From the NCBI GenBank assembly GCA_039810585.1, contig JBDHXF010000006.1, positions 12,486-76,485 on the forward strand: a DNA stretch of 64,000 bases, in the 5' to 3' direction. Numbering within the stretch: the first letter of the stretch is position 1; the number at the start of each line of letters is the position of its first letter. Both the position numbers and the translations under genes were made by a program. Shown in pieces: positions 48,978 through 57,902 of the stretch. The notes under the pieces are model-generated. The model was given only the letters and a program-made list of their open reading frames with translations, made no database searches and was not told where the DNA came from. This DNA comes from Chlorobiota bacterium. Lineage in GTDB: Bacteria > Bacteroidota > Ignavibacteria > Kapaibacteriales > NICIL-2.

Positions 48978-49439
48978 TCAAGATACCGCAGTCTCTGCTT
49001 GGTGGTGTTTTTTGGCCAGAGCAATCATGTTACCTACAGTTTCTGTTCCGTCGTTAAGAGAATGACTTTTTAACATTGATTGAAACTGACGCTTTTGAAT
49101 CGCCCAAGACGAGTGCATGACACAAGGATGATTAGCATCGCATTCGGGAAGCTTCAGTAAGCATTCTGTTTCAAAGCGACTTACATCACCTAATGCAGTC
49201 ATGATATCCCAAATAGAAATATCATCGGCACTCTTGGCAAGTGTGATCCCACCCTTTGTACTTCGAACTGACCTCGTAATTCCATGCTCACTTAAGCGCT
49301 GTAATATCTTTTTCAGAAAGTGATACGGTACACCTAACTCGGAAGCAATTCTGTGAGTTGGCACGAAAGTGCTTGTCTTAACTTCACGAGCTAAGTAGAG
49401 GCTGGCCTGTATACCATATGCGCATGTTAGTGAAAGCAT
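48978..49439 (-). CDS. Rrf2-family transcriptional regulator with three clustered Cys (NsrR/IscR-like)
   Basis: N-terminal wHTH (YGIQASLYLA...VPYHFLKKILQRLSEHGI). Cys cluster ECLLKLPECDANHPC. Confidence 0.85.
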   Translation of the reverse strand: MLSLTCAYGIQASLYLAREVKTSTFVPTHRIASELGVPYHFLKKILQRLSEHGITRSVRSTKGGITLAKSADDISIWDIMTALGDVSRFETECLLKLPECDANHPCVMHSSWAIQKRQFQSMLKSHSLNDGTETVGNMIALAKKHHQAETAVS

Positions 49440-50052
49440 CTACCGAATATATTATATGGGACTAAAATATCTCATTACAAATCTAATGAGCGTTGGGTCT
49501 ATTTGCAAATATTTTTTGAAGATCTTTTTTTCTTAAGCAAGATTGAGGCTCAACATGAAAGAGTATCGACGTCAGACAGCCTTGACGTGCACTAAGCACT
49601 TGGGCTCTCCAAATCGACACTCTTGTGCCTGAGATTATTGGGAATTTCTGTCATAAACCCCTAGACGATCTCAAGTGCGCCATGCTGGCAAGGCGAACTC
49701 TGCAGCCTGGAAACAGCTTTTTCGTGTATCTAGCGAAAACTGCAGAAGCAAGCGGAAGTACTTAATAGTTTCAAAGTTGGATAAACTCGCTGTCGGTTAT
49801 TCAGACAATGTGAGTTGCACTGAGACACAGCATCGACGCATCTAAGCAGAATCCTTCGTGGCCGTGTCGGTCAGCTTCCTAAGCACATTGCCGGTACTCG
49901 CTCGACATGGTGTTCCGCAGAGGTAAAGTTAGCCGGATTAGCCATGGCAAACTCACCAAAGCCGACCTCGTGCGCGAAGTAAACCGCTAAACCCATTATC
50001 GACAAGAAACAACCCATCAAATTTTCGCGATGAACTCAGAATTTTACAGTGT

Positions 50053-50219
50053 AGCGAGTCACTCGCTCCCCCTCACGATCAATTCCCCAAAAACAGAAAA
50101 ACCCCCAATCGCTGCAAAAACGAAAGGGAGTAGTTGCTTTTTCCACCACTTTATCCACATTTTGGACTGAAAGCGGTTCCCGAGTGGGTGGCTCACCACC
50201 TCGATGCTTATGTGGAAAT
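50053..50219. repeat. 167-bp direct repeat, copy 2 (right boundary of the nos cluster)
   Basis: See copy 1. Same orientation, offset 10,895 bp. Confidence 0.9.
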
Positions 50220-50340
50220 CGACGCGTCGCTAATGAACCAAAACACTGCCTTCGTTGCTCCTCCTTATACCATCCGCTGATAACCTGCCAGGACGCTCGA
50301 AAAACGCCTCATCCCGGAACTGTTGTTCCTCAAAGCGTCG

Positions 50341-50435
50341 ATCCGATCTGAAAGACCGATGTACGTTATCCACAGGTTGTCCACAATTGCCGTTTTTGGT
50401 GAGAGGCTCAGTGTGACCGAACAGTGACTGGTTCA
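50341..50435. repeat. Intergenic repeat B1 (about 69% ungapped identity to 54178..54272) with adjacent TTATCCACA and TTGTCCACA boxes
   Basis: Hand alignment gives 66/95 identical positions. The shared block is ACGTTATCCACA. Confidence 0.5.
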
Positions 50436-50838
50436 TTCGATCTAAGCTGAGCGTTTACATTAACATAAAGGTATAGGCGGCTGAGTTTCAAAAGGTGTAG
50501 CGAGTGACTCGCTTATGCCTGAACGGCTTCCGTTCGTTGGGCTTTTCCGTGGCTTTCTTTAACATAAACGGACGGAAATGTCTCGCGCAATTGCTTCGAA
50601 TTGTCTGATCCTTGATTATTGTGTAACGGTATGTTCACGCTAAGCCCATACTCGCCGCATTCGTTTGCGCGAAGCGCGAACGAATTAAATGGGCTTTTAA
50701 TATGCTGTTTCATGTGACAGCCTACCGAGTTCATCTGCCTCACACAGACAAATGCCCCACTCGAATGAGTGAGGCATTGGAAGTTGGGTCTTGTGAGATA
50801 TGGTTTCGCTCTCGCAGGCGAAAGTATCTGAGCTGTGC

Positions 50839-52866
50839 TTATCGAACGATGACCGTTTTTTCAAGGAGTGAGCCGAGGTGTTCACCTTTCACGACCAGGT
50901 AGTAGGCATCACCGTCGACGGGTGTTCCGTTATCGTCGCGTTTGTCCCAGCGAATAGTGCTTGTGCCCATGTTCAGATCGCTTTTGAATTGGCGAACGCG
51001 TTGACCAATGGAGTTGTAGATGTTGACCACGGCAGTCTCAGGGACGGTTGCATCCACTTGAAGCTGTATGTCGCTTGCGTCGGTGCTAGGATTTGGGAAG
51101 ATGCGATGATTCGTTGGAAGCTCAGAGCCTTTGTCGGGCACGTCCGTAGCCATCGAGACACTAAGGAATTCTGCCATGATCGGTGTCAAGTCAGTATTAT
51201 CCAGTAAGCCTCTTCCGGTGATCTTGGAGGCATAGGTGCCGTTCACATTGTCGTCGGCGAGGACGAGAATGTCTTGCGGAGTGTGATTACCGGGTGTTCC
51301 GCCGACGGTCGAGCCATTGCCGTTGGTAACAGGATTTGAGCCATAGGCGATAACAATACGACGACCGTTTGCCGGAGCTTGTGGGTACAACTTACCTTGG
51401 AAGTCAACCATCGAGTATTCCGGGAACCAACCATTGGTGGCAACGTCTCCGCGCGTGATGTTAACGGGAGTTGGTGTGAAGATTGGCTTGGTCGGAGTGT
51501 TGGCATAGGTACGAATTTTTGTACCGTTCTTTTGCAGGTCTGCTTCGTCGTGCAATCCAACAACCGCAAAACCTCCGCATTCGTGATCGCTCGTTGCCAG
51601 AATAAGAGTTTGCGAGGAGTTGTCGCTCAAGAGTTCACGTCCGGCCTCCACTGCGTAATCATAGGCAAGTACTTCTTTGATCATATAGTCCGAACCATAG
51701 AAACCTTGGGCAACGGTCGTGTCACCGTTATAGATGCGATCGTCAGGGACTGCCTGCAAGTCTGCGTTGACAACGTAATTCTTTTTGTCGGCACTGAAGC
51801 CGATACCACCGCAGTTAGCGTGCTCAAGGTGATCGATACGGCCACCTTCCACCATCAGGATAAAACCCTTGTCGCTCTTGCGCTTCAGAACTTCAATGGC
51901 GGCGGTGCACATATCGCTGAGCGATGGTTCGTGTTGGAAGCTGAGCTGACGGTCTTGCTCATAGGAACAGTGTGAATCGCGAAAGAGTCCAAGGAGTTTC
52001 TTGTTGTTCGTTGAACTAAACTGTGAGTAATCCAGTCCCAACAATGCATCACGACTGTTGACATAACTGTAGCCGCGCTGTTTGGCTATTTCGATGACGT
52101 CGACTTTGTCGGCGCGTTTGCCCTTGCCAAGACTGATGTTTACACCGTTCTTTTGCATTGCGTTTCCACTACGATCGCGTACGATGTTATTGCCGGCCGC
52201 ATCGCCGCTGGGTGTGAAATGTCTGGCGCCACCACCAAGTAGTACGTCAACTTCAACACCGACTTTTGGAGTGGGGAGAACCCAATCGCGAGACGGTAGG
52301 TATCGCATGGAGTCGACCGGACTGGCGTTAAAGATGGCTTCGTAGTCTGCTTCTGACGCCGATAAAAACTGTGCAGCGATATAGTCTTCTAAGTCACGTT
52401 CCCAAATGTGACTGGCCCACACTGCCGGAGTAGCGTGTGTTATGCGAGTAGTAGTAACGAGTCCAACAGCATAGCCAGCCTTTTTCGCTTCCTCCATGAT
52501 TGTTTTTATAGCCTCGTAGTTCGAGGGGTTCATGGTGACACACTCATTATCAATCTTTCCATTTGTTCCGCAGGCATAGCAAGCAGCACCAGGCGCTGAG
52601 TCCGTGATCCACGAGTTAAGCGAGTGCGTTGTAATCGTTGCCGAATAACGGAGCTTGTCCAAGGCAAGCTTTCTGAAGTTAGGATCCGTGCTGAATCGTG
52701 CGTCCGATTTGCCTTGTCCTAACGCCATACGCGTAGCGGTCTTGGGCGCGATCCCGAAGCCATCACCAATAAAGACAATTACATTTTTCTTTTGCGCAAA
52801 TGCGCTCGTAGCAACTACCAACAACATCCCCAGGCAGAGTGCCTTTCGGGTTAAAGACAGTACCAT
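50839..52866 (-). CDS. phoA: Alkaline phosphatase (PhoA family) with T9SS C-terminal sorting domain
   Basis: Signal peptide. GDGFG. Active-site ITDSAPGA. Metal-site SDHECGG. C-terminus IFPNPSTDASDIQL...VNIYNSIGQRV...YYLVV is a T9SS CTD. Confidence 0.9.
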   Translation of the reverse strand: MVLSLTRKALCLGMLLVVATSAFAQKKNVIVFIGDGFGIAPKTATRMALGQGKSDARFSTDPNFRKLALDKLRYSATITTHSLNSWITDSAPGAACYACGTNGKIDNECVTMNPSNYEAIKTIMEEAKKAGYAVGLVTTTRITHATPAVWASHIWERDLEDYIAAQFLSASEADYEAIFNASPVDSMRYLPSRDWVLPTPKVGVEVDVLLGGGARHFTPSGDAAGNNIVRDRSGNAMQKNGVNISLGKGKRADKVDVIEIAKQRGYSYVNSRDALLGLDYSQFSSTNNKKLLGLFRDSHCSYEQDRQLSFQHEPSLSDMCTAAIEVLKRKSDKGFILMVEGGRIDHLEHANCGGIGFSADKKNYVVNADLQAVPDDRIYNGDTTVAQGFYGSDYMIKEVLAYDYAVEAGRELLSDNSSQTLILATSDHECGGFAVVGLHDEADLQKNGTKIRTYANTPTKPIFTPTPVNITRGDVATNGWFPEYSMVDFQGKLYPQAPANGRRIVIAYGSNPVTNGNGSTVGGTPGNHTPQDILVLADDNVNGTYASKITGRGLLDNTDLTPIMAEFLSVSMATDVPDKGSELPTNHRIFPNPSTDASDIQLQVDATVPETAVVNIYNSIGQRVRQFKSDLNMGTSTIRWDKRDDNGTPVDGDAYYLVVKGEHLGSLLEKTVIVR

Positions 52867-53094
52867 AACGTTCCCTCGATAAATAAATAATGGAGTTTCT
52901 GTGGAAAGTGTTTTTCTTCAGCTCTCAAAGCGCTCTTTCCCAATGCAGTCGCGAAACTATGGTCGAGGTATTGGCCTGTCTTTACGCCAACAATACGAGA
53001 GATCAAGCCATGGTTACCTTTTGGTAAGATTCTTCCTTGCCGCTCGATCTCAAAGTAATTTTGATCTTCTGCTTTATTGCAATCTCTTTATACA

Positions 53095-54177
53095 ATGATG
53101 CGAAAACGCTCTGTCGTCCGTATTTCTGTTCTGACTTCCTTTGCACTGTGCATCCTTTTCAATGCGTGTATTTCCACGCGACAACAAAGCGAGATACTGT
53201 CGCTCAAGACGCTGACCGGTGATTCTTTGGCTCTACAGAATTGCCGCAGCATGTGTTTTTTGTCGGACGGACGTTCGTGCATTTGCACTGATGACACGGT
53301 GTACATCTGTCGATTTAATACGGTTGAATTGAGCCTACCTATTCCTGGAGTCACTTCCACCATCGAGTCGAGAGACAGAGTGTATTTCGGATCTCGTAGC
53401 GGACTCTGGGAGTGGAACATGCATCAAAGCGTCGCGCAGCAGCTGTCCCTTCCGGCACTTCGTGAATATTGTCCAGTCAGTGCGCTCATCCTTGACCAGC
53501 AGCAACAACTCTGGATTGGTACGAATGGGATGGGACTCTTTCGCATGCGCGATTCGCGCATCGAACCCATGGCCGGTGCATCCTTCGTGAGCAGTCTATG
53601 CACCACACCAGATAGTTCTGTGTGGGTTGGAACCAATATTGGATTGCTCCGCATAAAGGGGAATGATCGCGTGATGTACGACGAGGAAATATCGCATCGC
53701 GGACTTGCAATTCCGGACAACATGGTCGAACACGTTGAGTACGAGTCAAGTGGCAATGTGTGGGTTTTTATGAGTCATGCGGTCAGTGTGATCAAACCAC
53801 AGGAGTACACCGCCGAAGCCGATCACATCGACATACAATCTTTCACGTATATCGGCAGAGACGGCAACTCCATCCATCGTTTGGTTGAGGAACAAATTGA
53901 CAAAGTCCACGCCCGCTGGTTGGCTTCGGATATGGGGTTATTGCTCCTCTCAAAAGTGCCGGAAGAAAGCCATAGTGATGGCACAGAATTGTCATACCGG
54001 GAAGATCCGAACGCAGAATTGCAGTCCTTCCGATTTGATAACAACCAATCAGAAATCAGAGATATCGTTCTACACCAAGGCACACTCTACGTTGTCGGTC
54101 CCTCAGGCATTTGGATAGTTCCTCAAGGGAAGCGAGAGGAGTGGATGAAGCACAATTCTTTGCCTACTGCGCAATAA
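53095..54177 (+). CDS. Lipoprotein made only of two-component-regulator-propeller-like repeats
   Basis: MMRKRSVVRISVLTSFALCILFNAC (lipobox). Repeats LWIGTNGMGLFRM, VWVGTNIGLLRI and GNVWVF. No kinase or HTH domain. Confidence 0.65.
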   Translation: MMRKRSVVRISVLTSFALCILFNACISTRQQSEILSLKTLTGDSLALQNCRSMCFLSDGRSCICTDDTVYICRFNTVELSLPIPGVTSTIESRDRVYFGSRSGLWEWNMHQSVAQQLSLPALREYCPVSALILDQQQQLWIGTNGMGLFRMRDSRIEPMAGASFVSSLCTTPDSSVWVGTNIGLLRIKGNDRVMYDEEISHRGLAIPDNMVEHVEYESSGNVWVFMSHAVSVIKPQEYTAEADHIDIQSFTYIGRDGNSIHRLVEEQIDKVHARWLASDMGLLLLSKVPEESHSDGTELSYREDPNAELQSFRFDNNQSEIRDIVLHQGTLYVVGPSGIWIVPQGKREEWMKHNSLPTAQ

Positions 54178-54272
54178 AACCGATCTAAATCGCCGGTCTA
54201 CGTTATCCACATATTCACTACAAATACCGTTGTAGGCGAGAGTCTCGCTCTGACCAAGAAGCGCATGGCTTA
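54178..54272. repeat. Intergenic repeat B2 (paralogue of 50341..50435) with TTATCCACA at 54203..54211
   Basis: Starts immediately after the stop codon of the propeller gene. Confidence 0.5.
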
Positions 54273-54328
54273 ACCCAACCATCCCGTGCATTCACAGGCA
54301 GATAGCAAAAACAGCAACGCGATGATCG

Positions 54329-54357
54329 GGGCCTAAGCGAGTGACTCGCTTAGGCCC
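54329..54357. terminator. 13-bp-arm perfect palindrome GGGCCTAAGCGAG-TGA-CTCGCTTAGGCCC between convergent genes
   Basis: Read directly from the sequence. Ends 7 nt from the icd stop. Confidence 0.6.
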
Positions 54358-54363
54358 ACGACA

Positions 54364-55815
54364 TTACTCTCCCTGCCCTGCCGAGTAGGCTTTTTTGCCA
54401 TCGAAGGCGTAGAGATTTTCCGTCTTCACAACGTCAATGTTGTGCGTCTGTGCCAGACTGAGCAATTCGATAATGTGGGTTTTCGTGATGGTACTGTCGT
54501 CGGGCGCGAGGTAGCGGCAGCGCCAGTGGTCTGTGCAGAAGGTCTCTTTGAAGCCTTCGGGCCACACGGTGATTCCGCGGTTGGTGATCATGCGCATTTC
54601 GCAGCCTGGGATGTTCAGTGGTTGCATCATGGCTGCGAGTTCTGCCGCTTCGCTGCCACGGTAGTGGATGAAGAGATCGACGCCGAGCAGTTCTTTCTTG
54701 GCGGCAGGACGACGGGTGTACTTCGGTAAGTCCGGAATGGCTCCGGATGCGTGCTCTGCAGCGTGCAGGACCATGGGCTCTTGTCCGAGATTGCTGATGA
54801 CGGCATCGGCAAATTCCTTTGTGCCAACTAGGAGTTTGCTTTGGTTGGCGTCGTAGATGTCTGCGGTGTGAATTCCCTGCTCGATCGTTGTCAACCAGGC
54901 GTTCTCGATGCGTTCCGCAACGTCGCTCTGACCTATGTGATGCAGCATCATGAGGGCGCCGTGCATCAGACCCGACGGGTTGGCAATATTCTTTCCTGCT
55001 ATTGTCGGTGCCGAGCCGTGAATGGCTTCGAACATCGCACATTCTTCACCGATGTTGGACGAGCCGGCAAGGCCGACGGAGCCCGCGATTTGTGCGACGA
55101 CGTCGGAGACGATATCTCCGTACAAATTCGGAAGCACCACCACATCGAAACTCTCCGGCGTGTCAGCCAATCGCGCCGCTCCAATGTCGATGATCAAATG
55201 GTCGTTTTGCAGCTCCGGATACTCCGCTGCAATCTCGTTGAAGATCTGGTGGAACATCCCGTCCGTCTGCTTCATGATGTTGTCCTTCGACATGCAGGTC
55301 ACTTTCGTGCGACCATGGTGCCGTGCATACTCAAAGGCATAACGGATGATTTTCTCGCTGCCGGGACGACTGATCAACTTCAAACACTGCACCACCTCGT
55401 CCGTTTGCTGGTGCTCGATGCCCGCGTATAAATCCTCCTCGTTCTCGCGGATAATCACCACGTCCAGATTCGGAAACTTGGTTCGCACATAGGGATAGTA
55501 GCTAATACAAGGGCGCACGTTGGCGTAGAGTCCAAGGAACTTGCGGGTGCTTACATTGAGACTCTTATACCCGCCGCCTTGCGGCGTCGTGATCGGCGCC
55601 TTGAGAAATACCTTGTTACGTCGAATGGTATCCCACGACTCCTTAGCAATCCCCTGCGAGTTGCCGGCTAGATACACTTGCTCGCCGACAGCAATTTCTT
55701 CGGTGATCAGTCGCGCTCCTCCGGCTTCCAGAATGCGCAATGTGGCGTCCATTATCTCCGGTCCAATACCGTCGCCGCGTGCTATCGTAATCGTTGTCTT
55801 CGTTGATTCTGCCAT
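54364..55815 (-). CDS. icd: Isocitrate dehydrogenase, ~480-aa type with C-terminal extension
   Basis: IARGDGIGPEIMDA, PNLYGDIVSDVVAQIAGSVGLAGSSN and the overall isocitrate/isopropylmalate dehydrogenase layout. Cofactor specificity not determinable by eye. Confidence 0.88.
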   Translation of the reverse strand: MAESTKTTITIARGDGIGPEIMDATLRILEAGGARLITEEIAVGEQVYLAGNSQGIAKESWDTIRRNKVFLKAPITTPQGGGYKSLNVSTRKFLGLYANVRPCISYYPYVRTKFPNLDVVIIRENEEDLYAGIEHQQTDEVVQCLKLISRPGSEKIIRYAFEYARHHGRTKVTCMSKDNIMKQTDGMFHQIFNEIAAEYPELQNDHLIIDIGAARLADTPESFDVVVLPNLYGDIVSDVVAQIAGSVGLAGSSNIGEECAMFEAIHGSAPTIAGKNIANPSGLMHGALMMLHHIGQSDVAERIENAWLTTIEQGIHTADIYDANQSKLLVGTKEFADAVISNLGQEPMVLHAAEHASGAIPDLPKYTRRPAAKKELLGVDLFIHYRGSEAAELAAMMQPLNIPGCEMRMITNRGITVWPEGFKETFCTDHWRCRYLAPDDSTITKTHIIELLSLAQTHNIDVVKTENLYAFDGKKAYSAGQGE

Positions 55816-55929
55816 GGTTGGATCCTCCGTTTGCGGTTGGTGTTGTACAAAATTCGGAAGTGCAGGTCATAGGTGTTAATTTATTCTTTCTATTAACATC
55901 ATAAGTAATACTTATAGAACGATTTCCTC

Positions 55930-56853
55930 ATGAATTACACCCTCCACCAGCTTCGTGTTTTTCAAAAGGTCTGTCAAACCCGCAGCGTCACCAAAGCGGC
56001 TGAAGAATTACACCTGACGCAACCTGCTGTGTCCATACAGTTGGCGCAGTTCCAACAGAATTTTGCGGTGGCGCTGACAGAGGTGGTGGGACGTCGCCTC
56101 TATGTGACCGATTTCGGAGCCGATATCTCGCGCCTGGTTGAGCGCGTGTTAGATGAGGTGGATCAGCTCGACTATCGAACCTTGAGTTTGCAAGGACAAC
56201 TCAGCGGTCGCTTGCGCTTTTCCATTGTTGGTACAGCACAGTACGTCCTTCCCTACTTCTTGCGTGACTTCACCCGTATGCATCCGGCGGTAGATGTGCA
56301 GGTGGATGTAACCAACAAAGCGCAAGTGGTGCAGAGTCTGCAACGCAATGAGGTGGACTTCGCTATGGTATCTCAACTCCCCCAGCATTTGTCGCTGCAC
56401 ACAGTGACGCTCATGGACAACGCCCTGCACCTCATGGCGGCGGCGACGCTGTTGCCGGAGGGACGCCTTCGCACGAAAGATTTGGCGGACATCCCCTTTG
56501 TCTTTCGTGAGCAGGGATCCGGTACACGCGCCATGATGGAGTCGCTCGTACAGTCGGGCAGACTTCCGGTGGGACGTCGCCTTGAGCTCCGTTCCAACGA
56601 GGCCGTGAAGCAAGCCATCATAGCCGGCCTCGGATGCTCAGTGATGCCTATTATCTCCATGAAGCACGAACTGCGCAACCAAAGCGTCCGCGTTCTGGAT
56701 ATGAAGGGATTTCCCGTACGATCATCCTGGCGCTTAGTGTGGATGCAGCAAAAGCAACTTGGTCCGGTGGCGCAAAGCTTTCTGGATTTCTTGAAAACCG
56801 AAAAACAGCGCATTATTCAAGAGCAATTCAAATGGTTGGAGGACTATCGCTGA
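55930..56853 (+). CDS. LysR-family transcriptional regulator, divergent from icd
   Basis: N-terminal HTH LHQLRVFQKVCQTRSVTKAAEELHLTQPAVSIQL plus a LysR substrate-binding domain. Confidence 0.9.
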   Translation: MNYTLHQLRVFQKVCQTRSVTKAAEELHLTQPAVSIQLAQFQQNFAVALTEVVGRRLYVTDFGADISRLVERVLDEVDQLDYRTLSLQGQLSGRLRFSIVGTAQYVLPYFLRDFTRMHPAVDVQVDVTNKAQVVQSLQRNEVDFAMVSQLPQHLSLHTVTLMDNALHLMAAATLLPEGRLRTKDLADIPFVFREQGSGTRAMMESLVQSGRLPVGRRLELRSNEAVKQAIIAGLGCSVMPIISMKHELRNQSVRVLDMKGFPVRSSWRLVWMQQKQLGPVAQSFLDFLKTEKQRIIQEQFKWLEDYR

Positions 56854-56981
56854 GCGAGCGGTAGAGGTGCGTGCAAAGCCCTCGATACCTGCCGTATATT
56901 GAGTGTACTCTGTGCCTTTCTGCGCTTTTCACGTAATTCCGTACAATTGTTCCCTGTCGCCTTCGTTGATGCTCTCACGCT

Positions 56982-57902
56982 ATGGCCTCCACCTCTGAAC
57001 CCATTATCGACATACAGCATTTACGCAAGTCTTTCGGCAGCTTTCAGGCTGTGAACGACTTGAGCTTTTCCGTGTATGAGGGGGATGTGTTTGGCTTCCT
57101 CGGACCCAATGGCGCGGGCAAGAGTACCACCATTCGCTGCATGACTTCGCTGATCCGGCCGGATAGCGGGAGTATAAAGCTCTTCGGACAAGACCTTCAT
57201 CGTCATCGCGCCTCCGTGCTGGCTCGCGTTGGCTGCATCATCGAAAAACCCGACTTCTACAAGTATCTGAGTGCAGAAGCTAACCTGTGGCAAGCAGCCC
57301 GCATGAGCGGTCATGCAGTGTCGCGCGCTCGCATTCAGGAGATTTTAGACTTCGTCGGCCTTCGTGGACGCGAGCACGACAAAGTCAAGGGCTACTCCCA
57401 AGGCATGAAACAACGTCTGGGCCTTGCCCAAGCGCTACTCCACGATCCCGACGTGCTCATCCTGGACGAGCCAACGAATGGTCTGGACCCGCAAGGCATC
57501 GTCGAGCTGCGAGAGCTCATTCTGCGCTTGCGCGACGAGCACAGCAAAACCATCGTCATCTCCTCGCACCAGTTGTCGGAAATTGAACTCATCGCCAATC
57601 GGATGATTATCATCAATAAAGGACAAAGCGTCGCCGAAGGCGCCGTGAATTCACTACTCCAAAGCGATGACCTGCATATCGTCGTTGAAGTCGATCGACC
57701 TGACAATGCCCTGCGCATCGTACAGCAACATCTGCCCGAGGCTGCACCAAAGCTTCACGGCGAGCGCTCGCTCGAGCTCGACTTGCACAAGGATCGCATT
57801 CCGCACATGATTCGTGTGCTCAGCGATGCCGGAATTCAGATGTACGGCGTGGAGTCGCGACGCAAACTCGAAGATTTCTTCATCTCCATGGTCAACTCCT
57901 GA
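56982..57902 (+). CDS. ABC transporter ATP-binding protein (ABC-2 subfamily)
   Basis: Walker A GPNGAGKST, signature YSQGMKQRL, Walker B LILDEPTNGLD. Confidence 0.9.
   Translation: MASTSEPIIDIQHLRKSFGSFQAVNDLSFSVYEGDVFGFLGPNGAGKSTTIRCMTSLIRPDSGSIKLFGQDLHRHRASVLARVGCIIEKPDFYKYLSAEANLWQAARMSGHAVSRARIQEILDFVGLRGREHDKVKGYSQGMKQRLGLAQALLHDPDVLILDEPTNGLDPQGIVELRELILRLRDEHSKTIVISSHQLSEIELIANRMIIINKGQSVAEGAVNSLLQSDDLHIVVEVDRPDNALRIVQQHLPEAAPKLHGERSLELDLHKDRIPHMIRVLSDAGIQMYGVESRRKLEDFFISMVNS

Noticed and set aside
26262-54211. Chromosomal origin of replication suggested by the TTATCCACA boxes
   Set aside because: The boxes are scattered over 28 kb inside repeats rather than clustered. No dnaA, dnaN or gidA neighbour is present, and I did not see an adjacent AT-rich unwinding element with 13-mer repeats.
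54434-55042. 202-aa Arg/His-rich alternative-frame ORF within icd
   Set aside because: It is a same-strand overlapping frame of a strongly supported enzyme gene, and its composition is typical of an out-of-frame translation.
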